From a virus (Duplodnaviria > Caudoviricetes): a DNA stretch of 25,093 nucleotides. A program made the translations under genes and the position numbers. Under the pieces are notes generated by a model that saw only the letters and a program-made list of their open reading frames with translations, did not search any database and was not told the DNA's origin. Shown here piece by piece: positions 23,901 to 25,093 of the stretch; the first letter of the stretch is position 1; each line of letters begins with the position of its first letter. The stretch covers positions 1-25,093 of the IMG/VR virus record IMGVR_UViG_3300017909_005178; one strand, given 5' to 3'.

Positions 23901-25093
23901 CATATCAGGTTTACCATCCTCACGATCTGCTGATATTGCAACACTTTCTCCAAGGTAATAATATCTGGTTCCAGTATCGCGTCTCTTCAGAAGAGAAGAA
24001 CTTATAAGACTTCCATGTTGTGGATTCTCATACAGTAAAGTTGATGGATAATAACCAGGGGAACCAACAAACAGATAATTATCAGAAACGTCAAATGCTT
24101 TTCCAAAATCACGATAGGAACTACCATATATGTCGTAAATATAACTCATAGAACCTTGTACAGCTGATTCGCTGCCTAAGGAACAGTCATATCTATAAAC
24201 TCTACCATAACGTCCATAAGAACTATCAGAATACTTATGATCTCCGACATATAAGACATCTGGATTATCACATGTTTCTGGAGCCCACTTCATCTCCTGT
24301 CCATATGTATAATTACCCCAGCCGCTTCCAGAGTTTATAGTATATAAATGATTCATATCATAATCAAGTATTAAGATATCACTATTATTATATGCAGCAA
24401 CTGCAATAAAGTTCTTACCGGCAGCAACTTTACACCACCAATTACTAGAAGTGTCAGTATTAAGAAGTCCTGAGAAATCAAATTTCTTCTCAGTATTCAT
24501 AACATCTGTTCTATTATTCAACTTTCCTAAAGTTCCAATAAATGTTTCATAAAGAACATCATTAGGCATGAAATAAATTGTGCCACTAAGGGTATATGGG
24601 GTGTAACTATTTGTTGGGGACTCTTTTATAGCCGATGCAGCAGTCAGATATAATGGATAGTGAGCATCAACAATCAGTTTTTCAACATCAGATACTCCTG
24701 GAACATAATCAGTAAGTAAAGTAACACCATTTGCAATAAAGAAAGTTGTCTGAGACAATCCAGTAGATGGATTGGCAAAAGGCAATGTCATAGATGAGGC
24801 AGTGCCATCACCACCAGCGATAGCATCAGCCTCTGCGAAATACAATGGATAATATGTATTACCTTCCCCGTCAGGAGAATAAACTGCCTCATCATATCGA
24901 TATGTTTCTCCATCCAACTGATATGTTGCATCTAAACTATAATCATTACCAGTAAATGTGGTAACGAAAGTTCCAGATGGCATGAAGTAAGTGACTCCTC
25001 CGTATGTAAATGCTGTAGATTGTCCCACACCCCAAGAAACAGATTCTGCCGCAAGACGGGATTGATATAATGGATATGATCCGGTAGTTGCAC
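17952..25093 (-). CDS. Giant (>2,350 aa, 5'-truncated) putative virion/tail-associated adhesin with YPLY repeats, FG-GAP-like propellers and an Asp-box (BNR) propeller
   Basis: Frame stays open past 25028 to the edge (ATTGSYPLYQSRLAAESVSWG). At least 9 G(Y/H)YPLY repeats; FGxx(L/I/V)x(I/V) repeats; five (S/T)xDxGxTW-like Asp boxes. Confidence 0.85.
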   Translation of the reverse strand, partial: ATTGSYPLYQSRLAAESVSWGVGQSTAFTYGGVTYFMPSGTFVTTFTGNDYSLDATYQLDGETYRYDEAVYSPDGEGNTYYPLYFAEADAIAGGDGTASSMTLPFANPSTGLSQTTFFIANGVTLLTDYVPGVSDVEKLIVDAHYPLYLTAASAIKESPTNSYTPYTLSGTIYFMPNDVLYETFIGTLGKLNNRTDVMNTEKKFDFSGLLNTDTSSNWWCKVAAGKNFIAVAAYNNSDILILDYDMNHLYTINSGSGWGNYTYGQEMKWAPETCDNPDVLYVGDHKYSDSSYGRYGRVYRYDCSLGSESAVQGSMSYIYDIYGSSYRDFGKAFDVSDNYLFVGSPGYYPSTLLYENPQHGSLISSSLLKRRDTGTRYYYLGESVAISADREDGKPDMFAAAEPYNYRYGRIRFYGPDLSGETTSNGARYQHYKGNMFFKEDEYGNRYLVNFNFDYYSNLYERYYQDAYLFRVDNYHSPSSRAAKSLSTLYYQQTPSYGTVKMFGKQSGIAATGKGDANGSLADGTYISGCGAIYLWDWAVTYSSPYFSMDIKYGDDNKVWAINPNSTVDARNGVKFGFVGSWDMDHEMKYIWAATVDHKLFRYSFNAVFAGEPQAVEGYYPVYSFEPDSNDVSPTKTSTMIELGGQYWFQPNNVTFKTWQGDFDPATAETGPFAMDGHYPLYVLQSSALEAGQAGAETSVYTASDGIGYFVPGGITTWDGDYDPATAETGPLVIDGHYPLYLTSSGALAASQAFSNNPGVERVEVNNLTYFMPANVSYETWSNGGYSDSTPLAVSGYYPVFKSELGAKTEALTAHALVGSDVEATTQHYTLNNVTYYMPTGVPYTTWTGDYDASTSDVTPLNVNGYYPMNLTHATAKASGFGGVGTVAIDGALYYYATNGLKVWLGDYNPQTSDIEPMAVEGYYPLYYTSTSAGENAQQIIFGDQVYYLKVDGNEIRGSYGRYEYADVIENSVKISSSTLTDYDITSPSRVVVGEGYIVLGSTSQNSSRGMISVYNYDGEFQWSAFAPYGLTYNNQLFGSALSIYKGKLFIGESKHGNSNAQYGAVHVYNLSKTPVTVPSYTSNREYMGVSSSDYRNSGMLRQGDFVKLNGPGGIPIANRSHLSYFGANIATGHGLVAVKANGQVNPDSSKTVKGIVCVYDAETLEWKFNIDNRQQIHNSYFGLDIAIGCGVIAVTEYDVVQVYDLEGNFITTVYPYNNSNLRVAYDKFGQSISIDGEYMIVGQSEAHETGVSMGGVIHVFNINSIKNGTYDPNSTDDVMLWGPPHRVANSLFGYSGIHAYGRFWSGHAYAAGTDSSGTSVANAGGLYSYDVDGNRPSYGTIINSADAWQPSGTELDGISSSVVPRFGSAVAYKDGVLVVGGYQGYDSSRGTGGYYKIYRLAPETFSIADEATVSEIVEGADSANVSDMTLDTSPSISLFLSTHRHQLTDRPTDMEEYTPATTAINSVTTVLSPSTVNGTQLYKIQFENHRPTTNGTDYLDPEPDETIVRHFRDGERVQNMQGTASGTIYSVRANLADGGGSGSDYMNVYDTTGTFSVGDSVRLVGTKKKDNELARNWVKVATQQIEKFYFIKHIGNGVILAGSGDMDSSGISNANLNSRRLFRSDDYGTTWSVMDPAAELGHPVADDMVKTAYIPFMYTACEDLGGGKALIAVGNDSQRHDYMDMIPYMLRTEDYGLTWSIVEPIAPVNTPPDTIEYGGVYVEWMKQIKAIRHLGNGVVLAGVGEHTVHGPRAYYEQTYRAGLLVRSTDYGQTWTPIKYKNDDFASNSIGIRSFSINEINGEWWMASYEGSWAPGNDYSPVLHRSSDEGLTWTEERPTDVYALHSGELSNNSHAPFIDSMIQLDNGTILISQGGSPGTSSGRIYRYSDPTTFPLSGSDQKSIPNSILIDAMELTELSDLPGYVIATSKSGSPGYAIVALSRNYGGSWEVMNDVASTGVGDHTKYALGKDAFRSFVAEYVGNGRIIAGSGGNATMVGSTSSKLTENVGKKFEPMNYGHLWVSDMDSNYLEKIGRTILIDLGEDNLVGNGDSIHIDFDQYISKLDGMEGKMKFYDANGLEIVTGDHSDPTTEIKIKNSTGVSNIGDHLVSVRSGDTVPGYHDYFGGTRPNTITGLNRLSNMLDGSFRTYFEFVLSEEERCPYPSGWTRTAAQVAGDEPTTWYNYGYEDITWYDFSPGSMPWLGNDDDTDNRTRYYFWIWYQISRQSDFKYMLVFEDKDGNEKWLEGNMMQSYTTANEVDDIGWRLSNHNLFGHRLKSIAFYAGSNDRTVMKIFGFGGTPEGSVYEYYDDRKLFGPYNDHDSVDYYAVGQYSTISDQNSSYGPSLFTQKRLRLEIESTTRKARYLRIPVIDVQAIRDIGIE

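Noticed and set aside
18108-23953. Many short ORFs overlapping the giant gene
   Set aside because: Shadow frames of a long codon-biased CDS with no independent signals.
1-25093. tRNA, rRNA, integrase, transposase or intron
   Set aside because: No cloverleaf or T-loop signature, recombinase motif or interrupted gene was seen by eye; tRNAscan-SE and Infernal were not run.

Overview
This looks like a 25-kb piece of a T4-like marine cyanophage (cyanomyovirus) genome. The assignment is inferred from gene density, near-uniform minus-strand coding, many tiny ORFs, sigma70-type promoters and no host housekeeping genes. Positions 1-17.9 kb form an early/accessory region of mostly small hypothetical genes. 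It holds a 3'-truncated protein with PEPT and RTX-like repeats, a vanadium-dependent haloperoxidase (VHPO) with a divergent ribbon-helix-helix (RHH) gene, a KxDG ligase-like protein, an SF2 DEAH helicase and a small HTH protein. Positions 17.95-25.1 kb are the 3' part of a >2,350-aa repeat/beta-propeller protein, probably virion-associated. The most unusual signals are non-coding. (i) Two intergenic arrays of ATGACGCTGAAGGTGAC repeats bracket the HTH gene and abut the helicase. (ii) A ~75-nt promoter-to-terminator small RNA is complementary to the 5' arm of a terminator ~0.8 kb upstream, a possible natural antiterminator RNA. (iii) A ~250-nt multi-hairpin RNA ends in a terminator with a competing helix. 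(iv) A recurrent palindromic promoter motif precedes several genes. All calls are by eye; no database search or folding program was run.
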